In this document: piece after piece, positions 50,836 to 60,657 of the stretch | How positions within the stretch are numbered: position 1 is the first letter of the stretch | Layout: every line of letters begins with the position of its first letter | NCBI GenBank assembly: GCA_016839515.1 | Contig: JAEOUE010000197.1 | Location: 12,766-76,765 of the forward strand | Reading direction: 5' to 3' | DNA: 64,000 nucleotides | Source: Candidatus Hodarchaeum mangrovi | GTDB taxonomy: Archaea > Asgardarchaeota > Heimdallarchaeia > Hodarchaeales > Hodarchaeaceae | The notes under the pieces: model-generated | Database searches by the model: none | The model's input: the letters and a program-made list of their open reading frames with translations, nothing else | Told to the model about the DNA's origin: nothing | Translations under genes and position numbers: made by a program

Positions 50836-51288
50836 TTAAGTTATCTGGATATTAAGATCCAGCCCAATCTTTCCTATAGATAAAATAAGTATCTCATTGA
50901 CGCTTTGAAAAGCTGTATTTGCCACAATAAGGTTGAATTTACTGTTGATCATGAACGATTGTATACGATTTACTTCATATTTCGTGGTAAAGCCATGAAG
51001 TTGGATTTCATTATTAGATACATTAGTTATTTCAATAGAATAACGAAGTCCTTGACCAAGTAGCGATGGGAGATTTATATATTGGTTTATTGTAATATTT
51101 CCAGAGTCACAAAGTTGCAATGATTGCTGGATTTGACTTTGCAGAAATTCGAGAATTTCTCGCATTTCTAGATTAGCTAAATTATCCCGAAATTCTTCAC
51201 TTAAAGTAAGAAACATTGAATTAGTCAAAATCACTAAGCTTAAACCTAGAGTAAAAATCATCATAAAAGTAATATATTGAGACGCCAT
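50836..51288 (-). CDS. Pilin-like protein (N-terminal hydrophobic helix)
   Basis: MASQYITFMMIFTLGLSLVIL followed by an amphipathic helix and a beta-rich body; operon position. Confidence 0.65.
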   Translation of the reverse strand: MASQYITFMMIFTLGLSLVILTNSMFLTLSEEFRDNLANLEMREILEFLQSQIQQSLQLCDSGNITINQYINLPSLLGQGLRYSIEITNVSNNEIQLHGFTTKYEVNRIQSFMINSKFNLIVANTAFQSVNEILILSIGKIGLDLNIQIT

Positions 51289-51303
51289 ATTATTTTACTC
51301 TCA

Positions 51304-52248
51304 TTATGTGCTTAAACCAATTTCATAGACAATTTTTTGAACAACAATATTGAAATAACTTATTTGAGTAAGCCCTCTTATATTTTGTGTGCTCCAAAGA
51401 TCATAAGAAACGGTACCTGTATCACGAATATCTTCCCATAATAAATTTAACTGAGAGATTGCAGGGTTACTTGGAAGGGTTATTGGGGAAGATGTAAGTT
51501 GAGTAGAATGAACTTTTATTTGAGTGGATGAAGAATGGATAACATCAAAATTTGCTGAAAGGGAAATAAAGAAAACTTGGAATTTTATTTCAGGCTCAGG
51601 AGACGTAGAGACAGTTAAATGAATAGAAGTCCTGTAATTCAAGATGATATGATGCCTTCGATCATTCAAGTGACTTAGAGTCAAATTTGTCAATTCTTGA
51701 TATTCAGTACTAGCAAAAGCACCTGTTAAAAAAACTGGATCACGATGTTGATATGGATCAGGGCCTAACAGGTATTTTGATGTCCCTCGTGGTACTATTG
51801 TTCTTGGACTGTTATAAACCCAATCAAGTGATTTGACTGGATGTCCTGAATCAATATTTGTGAAATTATAAACGATTTCCGAATCTTGATCAACTAGTTT
51901 TAAGGAAATATAGGCTGATGCAGGAGAAAATACTAATTTACCAGCAGATTTTTGAAAGAGTGTGGTTCGAAAGCCACCTGGGTCACCACTTTCACTGATT
52001 AAAGTTTTAATCGTTGTATCTAGATCAAGAAGGCTATTTTTTACCGTAGAAATAGCCTCCTCACTTTGAGCTCTTTCGATAAATGGTACAACCTGTATAA
52101 AGGTCATCATAACCCCTGTGATAATCAAGCCAAAGATTATTACAGTGGCTAAGATAGGAGATACAGCTTTTCTTTTATTGGATAGAAGTCTTACAATCTG
52201 CAAATAAAGAGGACCTAGGTAATGAGTAACCAAATTTAATCCCTGCAA
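51304..52248 (-). CDS. Pilin-like protein with class III signal peptide (exact start uncertain)
   Basis: KRKA|VSPILATVIIFGLII...VPFI. Confidence 0.85.
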   Translation of the reverse strand: MQGLNLVTHYLGPLYLQIVRLLSNKRKAVSPILATVIIFGLIITGVMMTFIQVVPFIERAQSEEAISTVKNSLLDLDTTIKTLISESGDPGGFRTTLFQKSAGKLVFSPASAYISLKLVDQDSEIVYNFTNIDSGHPVKSLDWVYNSPRTIVPRGTSKYLLGPDPYQHRDPVFLTGAFASTEYQELTNLTLSHLNDRRHHIILNYRTSIHLTVSTSPEPEIKFQVFFISLSANFDVIHSSSTQIKVHSTQLTSSPITLPSNPAISQLNLLWEDIRDTGTVSYDLWSTQNIRGLTQISYFNIVVQKIVYEIGLST

Positions 52249-52429
52249 TTGAAATATAAGTCTAATATATATTTTAGGGTTGTTAAATCCTGTATAGTTA
52301 TTACCCTAAAATATTAGATATAAGCATTTTTGTAATCCCTAAAACTCATGAATAAAATAAATTATAATTTAGTATATTGTTTATAAATTTTCTAAATAGT
52401 GTTTCCTAAAGATCAGGAGAGAAGTAAAA

Positions 52430-52500
52430 AAATCCCTGGGATTTATTTATCTATCCAAATTTCTAGGGAACTATCTTTATTTGAAGAAATCACTAGGGAA
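52430..52500. repeat. Palindrome plus direct repeats in the pilus/radA divergent promoter region
   Basis: AAATCCC-T-GGGATTT at 52430-52444; CTAGGGAA at 52463-52470 and 52493-52500. Confidence 0.45.
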
Positions 52501-52653
52501 ATATTTATTGAAGTATAAACTAAAGAACAAGAAGAATCTCACTTCCAATCAGAGTTTAATTTGACAAAATTATTTTAAGAAGAACATATAATCAGAAGGA
52601 ATGTTCTGGACTTAACAGTAAGAAAGAATAGAAATCTCAGGAAAGGGAATAAA

Positions 52654-53697
52654 ATGTCCCCAAAGAAAAAAATCGAAAATTCAGAGGACGTAGAAGAAGA
52701 GAAGTCAGAAGATAAGAGCAGAAAAACCTCTAAACTAACTAGCATTACAGATCTTCCAGGAGTTGGGCCATCGACTGCTCAAAAACTAATAGAAGCAGGA
52801 TTTTCCACATTAGAAGCCATAGCAACGGTTTCTGTTGGAGAATTAGCCTCAATTGCTAATATGGGGGAGAAAACAGTGACTAAAATAATCGAGTCAGCGA
52901 GGGAGGCCTTAGATATAGATTTTGAGACTGCTAAATCAGTCTTAAATCGAAGAAGAGAATTAGCTAAAATAACTACTGGAAGTAAACAATTAGATGAATT
53001 ATTTGGAGGAGGAATTGAAACTGGAGCTATAACTGAGCTTTATGGAGAATTTAGAACAGGTAAAACCCAAATTGCGCATCAATTATGTGTTACAGTTCAA
53101 TTGCCAAGAGAAAGAGGTGGTTTAAAAGAAGGAGATAATTTACCTAAAGTTGTATATATTGATACTGAAGGAACTTTTAGACCTGAAAGGATCGTGGCTA
53201 TGGCTGAACGATGGAAAGATGTATTAGAGGTAGATATAGCTCTTGAGAATATTCTACATGGAAGAGCTCACAATAGTGATCATCAAATGGTATTAGTGGA
53301 AAAGATGATTAAAGAATATATTCCTGTTCAGAATGTTCGATTACTAATTGTAGATTCGTTAATTTCGCATTTCCGTGCAGAGTATGTAGGAAGAGGAACA
53401 CTAGCATCTCGTCAACAAAAACTCAATCAACACATTCATACAATTCTACGTGCTGCTGAGGTTGGTAATATCGCAGTAATTGTGACTAATCAAGTACATG
53501 CAAAACCTGATCAATTTTTTGGCGATCCAACAGCTCCAGTAGGAGGGCATATTGTAGCTCATGCAGCACAAACCCGTGTTTATCTCCGAAAATCAAAAGG
53601 AGAAAGAAGAATTGCACGAATCGTTGATAGTCCCCTCTTACCAGAGAGTGAAGCAATTTTTGGGGTAACTGCAGAGGGAATAATTGATGTTGAATAG
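52654..53697 (+). CDS. radA: DNA repair and recombination protein RadA
   Basis: N-terminal Hh[51 protein letters not shown]. Confidence 0.98.
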   Translation: MSPKKKIENSEDVEEEKSEDKSRKTSKLTSITDLPGVGPSTAQKLIEAGFSTLEAIATVSVGELASIANMGEKTVTKIIESAREALDIDFETAKSVLNRRRELAKITTGSKQLDELFGGGIETGAITELYGEFRTGKTQIAHQLCVTVQLPRERGGLKEGDNLPKVVYIDTEGTFRPERIVAMAERWKDVLEVDIALENILHGRAHNSDHQMVLVEKMIKEYIPVQNVRLLIVDSLISHFRAEYVGRGTLASRQQKLNQHIHTILRAAEVGNIAVIVTNQVHAKPDQFFGDPTAPVGGHIVAHAAQTRVYLRKSKGERRIARIVDSPLLPESEAIFGVTAEGIIDVE

Positions 53698-53716
53698 GGA
53701 AAATACTGGATATATC

Positions 53717-53899
53717 ATGCCAAAAGATTGGTGGCGCTGTAGTGTATGTGGATATGTCTATAAACCTGAGATAGGTGATGCTGTATCAAAAATTCATTCA
53801 GGGACCCTATTCGAAGAAATTCCTAACACATGGGTATGTCCAGTATGTTTTGCAGAAAAAAAAATGTTTTTCAAGTTTAACACCTCAAAAAAAAGATAG
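53717..53899 (+). CDS. Rubredoxin
   Basis: CSVCGYVY.P..GD...GT.FEEIP..WVCPVC; start moved to the ATG at 53717. Confidence 0.93.
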   Translation: MPKDWWRCSVCGYVYKPEIGDAVSKIHSGTLFEEIPNTWVCPVCFAEKKMFFKFNTSKKR

Positions 53900-53943
53900 G
53901 ATTAAAAATTAAATTGTATAAAGTAAATTTTCTTTAATCAAAT

Positions 53944-54366
53944 ATGGAAATACAAGATTTGAATAAAACTACTGATATTCTAATAATCCTTTTCTGTGTT
54001 TTAGTCACTCTAATCGATTTAAATAGGTTGGGTTTAGATATTGTTTTGTTATTGGTTGTTTATTTGATCTTTCTTATTTGGGCAGTAATTTTAACATTTA
54101 ATTTGAGTAATATAGCAATAGAATATGCTTTTCCAGATGAAATTTATGTATTAAGTGGTCAACGATCACGTCGTGTCATTAGAACCACTGTATTAGTTGC
54201 ATCAGTTGGATTACTATTAATATTTACTGTATTATTGGTTAATCAAGTCTCAGAAGCGAAGGGTTTAGCAGTGGCTATTAATATTATAGCATTAAGAGTA
54301 GCTTTTCTAGTATTATCTCCAGAAGAGAATCCATACTTCTTTATTCATCCCCATAATTATTCTTAA
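53944..54366 (+). CDS. Hypothetical membrane protein
   Basis: About four hydrophobic helices. Confidence 0.65.
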   Translation: MEIQDLNKTTDILIILFCVLVTLIDLNRLGLDIVLLLVVYLIFLIWAVILTFNLSNIAIEYAFPDEIYVLSGQRSRRVIRTTVLVASVGLLLIFTVLLVNQVSEAKGLAVAINIIALRVAFLVLSPEENPYFFIHPHNYS

Positions 54367-54514
54367 AATTTACTCTGGAAAGTTTACATATTTTCATTAG
54401 TAGAAGACTAAAGAGATTATTTGATAAAAAAATTATTCTGAATAGGTACCACCTCAAATAAATGAAAACTTTTCATTAGTAAAAACCACTCAGCAAACAA
54501 AGAGATGATTAAAT

Positions 54515-55327
54515 ATGCGAAGATTTTTAATAGGCGGAAATTGGAAAATGCAAGTTTTAACTGTTGATGATGCTGAAAAAAAGGCTCAAACAATTGCCTC
54601 TACAATAGAAAATATTAAACGGGTAGAGGTGTTTATTGCTCCCCCATTTAACAGTTTATTTAATGTAAAACAGATTATTGCTAAAACCAAATTAAGAATA
54701 GCAGGTCAGAACATGCATTATATTGAACAGGGGGCTTTTACAGGTCAAATTTCGGTATTATCTTTATTAGATGCAGGGTGTAATTATGTGATTCTTGGCC
54801 ATAGTGAACCACGAAGAATTTTCGGGGAGTCCAATCAAACAATTAACTTGAAAGTGCTTAAAGCATTACAACATGGGCTTAAAGTTGTCTTATGTATTGG
54901 TGAAACAGCTAAAGAACGCGAAGAAGGACTAACAAGAGAAATTAATAGTTCACAGCTAAGCGAATGTTTATTTGGAGTTTCTGATGAAGAACTTAAGAAA
55001 ATTATTATCGCTTATGAACCTGTTTGGGCGATTAATAATCCTTATTTGAATCCTGGTATTGAAATAAAGCCTGCTACTCCTACTCAAGCCGCTTCTGCTC
55101 ATAAAATGATAAGAGATTGGATTAGGAAAGAATTTGGTAATCCAATTGGAGAGTGGATACGTATTATCTATGGGGGTTCAATGAGCCAAAGTAATGCACG
55201 AGAACTGTTGGAGATTACAGATATTGATGGAGGTCTTATTGGAGGAGCCTCTTTAACAGCTGAAAGTTTTACTCCAATTATACAAATTGCTGAAGAACTT
55301 TCTAAAGATATTGAAGAGCTTCGTTAG
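54515..55327 (+). CDS. tpiA: Triosephosphate isomerase, bacterial/eukaryotic type
   Basis: GGNWKM, GAFTG, GHSE, AYEPVWAI, YGGS, GGLIGGASL. Confidence 0.95.
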   Translation: MRRFLIGGNWKMQVLTVDDAEKKAQTIASTIENIKRVEVFIAPPFNSLFNVKQIIAKTKLRIAGQNMHYIEQGAFTGQISVLSLLDAGCNYVILGHSEPRRIFGESNQTINLKVLKALQHGLKVVLCIGETAKEREEGLTREINSSQLSECLFGVSDEELKKIIIAYEPVWAINNPYLNPGIEIKPATPTQAASAHKMIRDWIRKEFGNPIGEWIRIIYGGSMSQSNARELLEITDIDGGLIGGASLTAESFTPIIQIAEELSKDIEELR

Positions 55328-55383
55328 AATTATAATATTTCAAATATTAAATAAAGAAGTTCCAAGTCACTCGGGTGTAGAGA

Positions 55384-56055
55384 TTGAGTATACAAACTGA
55401 TAAACTTCCTCAAATTATTGTTGCTGAATATGCTGTTCATAAATTAAAGGATCAATTTAAATTTAAACTAGGTTTTCGGCCCTCACGATCAAAAGATGAT
55501 TTAGAAGAAATTTTAAGAAAATGCGAGGCAGCATTGATGATCCTCAAGTATTCATATCTGTCTCTAAAGGATCTCCATGAACATAAAGATGTTATTTTAA
55601 TTCAAAAAATGGCACAAGAATTACGAGAAGCTATTAATCCTGCTTTACAAACTCCATCAACTCATAAGTTAAGTTACGCAATATTAAACTGGGGAGTACA
55701 GCTTCTTGAAGGTTTTCAAAACAGATTACAAAAGGAAGGATTTGAAATAGGGGTAGGAATAGATATTAAAGCAGTAAGGATTCGGAATGTTCAAAAAATC
55801 GGAGAATTTGTTAAAGCTCGTGTATCTGATAGTCAAGGAGAATATACAGTAATGACTAACCTCACTACGATAAAACCAAACCTAAAATTAGCTGTTTCTT
55901 TTCTTCCACCAACTGAAGTTGCCGGAGAGATTTCAGAAGCTATGTTTTTAGGTTTAGAAGAACGAATTGAACCTGTAGGATCATTTTTAAATCCTAAGGA
56001 ATTTGATCTTAAGGATATTAATGCAATACTCTTCAAGCTGATAAAAAAGAAATAA
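55384..56055 (+). CDS. tRNA-binding OB-fold protein (Trbp111-like C-terminus, helical N-terminus)
   Basis: LKYSY, VMTN, AVSFLPP.EV.G.ISEAMFLG. Confidence 0.8.
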   Translation: MSIQTDKLPQIIVAEYAVHKLKDQFKFKLGFRPSRSKDDLEEILRKCEAALMILKYSYLSLKDLHEHKDVILIQKMAQELREAINPALQTPSTHKLSYAILNWGVQLLEGFQNRLQKEGFEIGVGIDIKAVRIRNVQKIGEFVKARVSDSQGEYTVMTNLTTIKPNLKLAVSFLPPTEVAGEISEAMFLGLEERIEPVGSFLNPKEFDLKDINAILFKLIKKK

Positions 56056-56063
56056 ATAAAAGT

Positions 56064-56735
56064 TTATTCAAAGAAAGAAATTATTTCTCTCAGATCTTTT
56101 CCTTGACAAACAAAATCAGCAGCTTTCGCTACTTCTTCTGAACTAGGTTCAATAGCAATTGAAATACCTGCAGCTTCAAACATCTCGATGTCCGCGGATG
56201 CATCTCCAATAGCTAAACAATTATTCTTATCAATATTGTATTTTTTAAGTATTGATTGTAAAATTGTACCTTTCTTTTTCCATCCTATGTTAATTTTCAC
56301 TTCTCCTGTAATTTGATTGTTGATCCGAACTATATCATTGGCAATCCAATAATCAAATTTATATTTTCGTGCAATTTGATCTACAACAGTAAAAAGCCCC
56401 ATTGATAAGATAGCAAGAGTAAATCCTTTTTCCTTTAGAAAAGTGACTAAATCGGATAGTCCATCCCTTAATACAATTGTTTCGAGAGCTTTGTAGTAAT
56501 CACTCTCTAAATATCCTTTCCATGTTTTAGCATCTAGGCGACAAAATTCATAATAAGAAATTTCTCCTTTTAGGAATTTTGCCAAAATAGCTTTACCGTG
56601 AGACTCCCATGTGCCAAAATAATCGTGCACTGTTTTCCATGAGGATGAATCAGATTTTAAAGATAGAGTTCCGTCAAAATCAAAAACAGCAAGGGAATGG
56701 GAGGTAACATGAATTTTTCCATTTTTAATTAACAT
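56064..56735 (-). CDS. HAD-superfamily phosphatase (phosphoserine phosphatase-like)
   Basis: FDFDGTL, ILSMG, K, IGDASADIEMF..AG. Confidence 0.88.
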   Translation of the reverse strand: MLIKNGKIHVTSHSLAVFDFDGTLSLKSDSSSWKTVHDYFGTWESHGKAILAKFLKGEISYYEFCRLDAKTWKGYLESDYYKALETIVLRDGLSDLVTFLKEKGFTLAILSMGLFTVVDQIARKYKFDYWIANDIVRINNQITGEVKINIGWKKKGTILQSILKKYNIDKNNCLAIGDASADIEMFEAAGISIAIEPSSEEVAKAADFVCQGKDLREIISFFE

Positions 56736-56889
56736 ACAATAGGATAAATAATGGAAGCGAAAAATAATTTTGGTTAATTAGAAAAGCTTAATTATAAAAA
56801 CTCTGAAGTAAGCTGAAGATTTGAAATTTGACTTTAAAAATGAGGATTCAATATAGAACTTGCAATAATTAAATAGGTAGGAAAACTAG

Positions 56890-57933
56890 GTGCGCGTTAT
56901 AGTTAGTGGAATTTCTGGGTCTGGACGATCTGACGCTGTTCGTGATTTAGAAGAATATATTAAACAAAATCACCCGAAGAAGAAATTAATAATCATGAAT
57001 ACCAATCGTATGATGCTCGAGGCTGCAGAAGAACTGAGGATGTATGTAAAACGTGAAAAGATGTTAGATCTTTCACCTTCAACTCTTCAAGCATTAAGAT
57101 CAACTGTTTTTGAACGAATAATTCGGGAAGTGAAAGAGTATGAATCCCAAAATGAAGATGTTGCCGTGATTATCAACACTCATGCAACCTTTAGATGGCG
57201 TGAGCATCTGATGCAAGGATGGGATTTTTTTTATTTAACAAAATTGAAACCAGATATTTTCATAACAATTATTAATGTGATTAATGATATTTATAATACA
57301 TTAGAAGCCAATCCGCTTTGGGGAGGTATGAATAATCGACTACAATTAGGAATTTGGCAAGAAGAGGAAGCATTCACTACTAAACTTATGGCGGAAATAT
57401 TGAAAAAGCCTTTCTATATAATAGCAAGAAAACAACCTCCTGAAACTTTATATTTACTCATTTTTAAACATGAGATTTCCGAAAAAGTCTATCTCTCTTA
57501 TCCTATGACACATATCAAAGATGAGGAAAAAAAAAAGGAAATACAAATCTTAGCAAACAAACTTAGAAATCTTGGAATGGTTGTATTTGATCCTGGAACC
57601 ATGGAACTCGAAAAAGTCTATGAAGACATTCCTGATGACATTCGTATTTATGATTTTTATCAAACTGTCTATCGTGACTTCCAGTTAATAGATCAAGGAA
57701 CTATGGTTGTTGTATTTTATCCAGAAATTGTCCATTCATCTGGTGTGGTTAATGAACAAGCTTATGGATTCCGTAATAATAAATATGTTTTTGCTGTTTT
57801 TCCAGCAGAAAATTATAGCCCGTTTACAAGTTTTTTTGCAGATAAAACCTTTATCTCAGTAGCTGATTTGGTTAAATTCCTGAAAGAAGAGTTCATCCCC
57901 TCACGTAATAAAGAAAAGAAGAATTTAGACTGA
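56890..57933 (+). CDS. Archaeal adenylate-kinase-like P-loop domain fused to a nucleoside deoxyribosyltransferase-like domain
   Basis: N-terminal SGISGSGRS and IINTHA; C-terminal VYLSYPMT..VFDP..RDFQLID..SSGVVNE..Y. Confidence 0.7.
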   Translation: MRVIVSGISGSGRSDAVRDLEEYIKQNHPKKKLIIMNTNRMMLEAAEELRMYVKREKMLDLSPSTLQALRSTVFERIIREVKEYESQNEDVAVIINTHATFRWREHLMQGWDFFYLTKLKPDIFITIINVINDIYNTLEANPLWGGMNNRLQLGIWQEEEAFTTKLMAEILKKPFYIIARKQPPETLYLLIFKHEISEKVYLSYPMTHIKDEEKKKEIQILANKLRNLGMVVFDPGTMELEKVYEDIPDDIRIYDFYQTVYRDFQLIDQGTMVVVFYPEIVHSSGVVNEQAYGFRNNKYVFAVFPAENYSPFTSFFADKTFISVADLVKFLKEEFIPSRNKEKKNLD

Positions 57934-58102
57934 ATCAATGGGCTCTTTATATCTATTTTTTTCCATACTAATAATATAGAGAAGCTTAGAACATTAATAT
58001 ATGTTATTAAATCTCCTGAAATGACCCCATTAGCTGATAAATCATACCTATTTAAATCTATTAAACTTTAGATAGTTTAATTAATTGAAGGGGTGATATC
58101 TT

Positions 58103-58423
58103 TCAATCCTCAGTTGCAATAATAGTTAAAAATCCAATTAACACGAAAAAGACTAATGGGATTAATAGGATAAATATTTCTGGGATTTTCATTGCTCTAA
58201 ACTCTGTGTTAAAAAGTATTAAATATAATGGATACGCTAGGAGTTTAATGATCATTATAAAAAGATTTACAAATGAATAACCTGCAATTTCAGCAATGAT
58301 TAACCAAGCCACAATAAAAATAATAGCACTTTTATATTCTATGATATAAGCTGGTAAATCTTTCAAGAATCTAATTATTTTCTTTGAATATTGTGATCGA
58401 TTTGGGGGTTGTTCAACTGACAT
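58103..58423 (-). CDS. Small membrane protein downstream of the ABC permease
   Basis: Two to three TM helices; probable start MSVEQ at 58423, just after the permease stop. Confidence 0.65.
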   Translation of the reverse strand: MSVEQPPNRSQYSKKIIRFLKDLPAYIIEYKSAIIFIVAWLIIAEIAGYSFVNLFIMIIKLLAYPLYLILFNTEFRAMKIPEIFILLIPLVFFVLIGFLTIIATED

Positions 58424-58427
58424 TTTT

Positions 58428-60494
58428 TCATCCGCCAAATGCTGTTCCTGTTTTTTCACCAAGTAATTTTTGTGTAATTGTCATTCCTATTGCTGCTACA
58501 ATCAATTGAATCAATCCCATAACACCAGCAGGGGCTATAGGATATCCCCCACGATTTATTTCATCATAAATTCCTTTTGTCAATGGGTCTGATAAACTAG
58601 TGAAGGGAAAAAATGGTTTAAAAGGTTCATTTATAGGCGTAATCATGATAGAGGTCGAAACTTCTGTAAAACTCGTTATTAGAGTCAAAATCCCCCCTGC
58701 TAACACACCACTCGCCATTAAAGGTATTGTTACCTTCCTAAGTGTAGTTAATGTGGATGCACCCAAATTATGTGCGACTTCTTCTAGAGATTCATGAATT
58801 TGACGAAGAACAGCGGTTGATGACTGCACAGCATAAGGCATCCTTCTAACAGAATAAGAAACAACAAAGATAAACCAAAAAGAGGTGAATCTAAATTCTA
58901 ATGGTGAATTAGGGGTAGAAAGGAATATTTCTCGAATTAAACTAGTTATATTTCCAATAATCGGTATAAGATCAAATTCTGCGGGTAAAAGACCCCATAA
59001 AGAAGTAGTTGAACTAAAGAATGAAATATATCCTGATGCTAAAACAATGCCTGGGACGGCAAAGGGCATGGTCGAAAAAATTTCTAATGATCGAAGATTT
59101 AATAATTTACCAATAAAAAAGAAGATAAGAGCAGTTACAATTGCAAATGCAAACATAGTTAGAACTTTCTCTGTTGATCCTATAGAGAGCCTTGATGCTG
59201 CTTTTGCTCCTAGAATAAGTCCTGCATAGCCTCCGATAATCGCCATAATAGTAGTTATTCCATTTAGCTTCTTCTTTCGGACAATAAGATATGCAACGGT
59301 TATTCCAATAAAAATTGTTATAAACATTGCTAAGATCGAGTAAACTAGGGAATTAATGATCATATCTATAACCTTTTCTTTGCTTAATGTTGTTGTTACT
59401 CCTTCCAAAGTCCAAAGGGTGGGTATTATTTCCCCAATATTGATTTTTTCAACAAAGGCTACAAAAATGATCCCAAGATGGGGAAGAAGCGATATAATCA
59501 ATAGAAATGAAAGAATAAAATAAACAAGAATTAATTTAGATTTTGATGGAGTTTGCATCATTCGATCTAATTTCATTCCTGAAACTTTTTCTGGAGCATA
59601 ATCTTTCATCCCAACAAGTTTAGAGGCAAATAATAGCGCAAGAACACTAATTATAAGTAAAATAATCACAAGTGCATAAGCTTCATAAAGATGTGTCTGT
59701 CTTTCATCTCTAATATCTTTAAAAACAACAAAAGGAGCAAATTTTGGGAATTCTAAAACAATTGGAGTACCTAAATCGCTAATTGACCAAATAAATACGA
59801 GTACAGCTCCTGCAACAAATCCTGGTGTTATTAAAGGTAGGATAATCTTTCGGTACAAGTTTAATCCCCAACTTCCTAAATTTCTAGCTTGCTCTTCTTG
59901 AGCAGGATCAATCTTACTATATGAAGCAGAAGCATTGAAGAAGATAAGGGGCCAGAGATGAATAGATTGCATGAAGATGATTCCCCAAAGTGAAGAACCA
60001 AGTAAATCGGGCAAACCAGGAATGAATAGCTGAAGAAAATTACTAACAATACCATTACGATCTAATAGACGACTTAATCCAAATGTTCCTACAAAAGGAG
60101 GGGATACTAAAGGAAGGATAGCTAATATCTGGAAAAATCTTTTACCAGCAAAATGATATCTAGCAAAAATAATAGTTACCGTCAAACCAATAATACAACA
60201 GATAAAAGTGGTCGTGAAACCTGTGAAAACTGTATTGAATAAGCTTGTTCGATAAACAGTGTCATTGAATACGAAAATAAAGTTGTCAAAGAAATTATTT
60301 GGTTCTGAAAAGTTAAAAGCTGCAATTGAGACATTTAAAATTGGTAATAACATATAAAAACTGAATATAAACATTAGGATTGAGAATATACCTAAGGATT
60401 TGAATTCATAATTGGCAAATAAAGATTTTGTCTTTTTTTTTGTCTTAGGAGCTATTTCTTCTTTGAACTTTTTTGTTAAGGTAGCTGGTATCAT
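58428..60494 (-). CDS. ABC transporter permease, FbpB/ThiP-type (duplicated domains)
   Basis: Two EAA-like loops (EEQARNLG, EEVAHNLGA); PLVSPPFVG and PFAVPGIV. Confidence 0.93.
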   Translation of the reverse strand: MIPATLTKKFKEEIAPKTKKKTKSLFANYEFKSLGIFSILMFIFSFYMLLPILNVSIAAFNFSEPNNFFDNFIFVFNDTVYRTSLFNTVFTGFTTTFICCIIGLTVTIIFARYHFAGKRFFQILAILPLVSPPFVGTFGLSRLLDRNGIVSNFLQLFIPGLPDLLGSSLWGIIFMQSIHLWPLIFFNASASYSKIDPAQEEQARNLGSWGLNLYRKIILPLITPGFVAGAVLVFIWSISDLGTPIVLEFPKFAPFVVFKDIRDERQTHLYEAYALVIILLIISVLALLFASKLVGMKDYAPEKVSGMKLDRMMQTPSKSKLILVYFILSFLLIISLLPHLGIIFVAFVEKINIGEIIPTLWTLEGVTTTLSKEKVIDMIINSLVYSILAMFITIFIGITVAYLIVRKKKLNGITTIMAIIGGYAGLILGAKAASRLSIGSTEKVLTMFAFAIVTALIFFFIGKLLNLRSLEIFSTMPFAVPGIVLASGYISFFSSTTSLWGLLPAEFDLIPIIGNITSLIREIFLSTPNSPLEFRFTSFWFIFVVSYSVRRMPYAVQSSTAVLRQIHESLEEVAHNLGASTLTTLRKVTIPLMASGVLAGGILTLITSFTEVSTSIMITPINEPFKPFFPFTSLSDPLTKGIYDEINRGGYPIAPAGVMGLIQLIVAAIGMTITQKLLGEKTGTAFGG

Positions 60495-60597
60495 TTTCGA
60501 TCCTTCTAATCAGGAAGATTCCTTTTTATTTAATTTTATATGCTCCTTTAAAAATATCTTGGCAAAATTAAAATAGAGTTTTTTTCAGATGGTTAGT

Positions 60598-60639
60598 AAA
60601 AAAAAAAGAGAAAGATCAGATTTTAAAAAATCTTGATCT
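60598..60639 (-). terminator. Hairpin plus U-tract between the binding-protein and permease genes
   Basis: Inverted repeat AGATCAGATTTT/AAAATCTTGATCT at 60613-60639, followed on the minus strand by a run of T. Confidence 0.55.
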
Positions 60640-60657
60640 AAAGGGTATTTTTCAGTT

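Noticed and set aside
44378-52248. Interpretation of the pilus operon as an archaellum
   Set aside because: No archaellin, FlaF/G or FlaH-like gene; two separate platform genes and G|Q-type pilins indicate a non-archaellar type IV pilus.
40974-58033. Near-identical word TGAAATGACCC(C)ATTAG at 40974 and 58017, each about 70 bp past the end of a minus-strand gene
   Set aside because: Only two copies, with no structure or flanking similarity; chance cannot be excluded.
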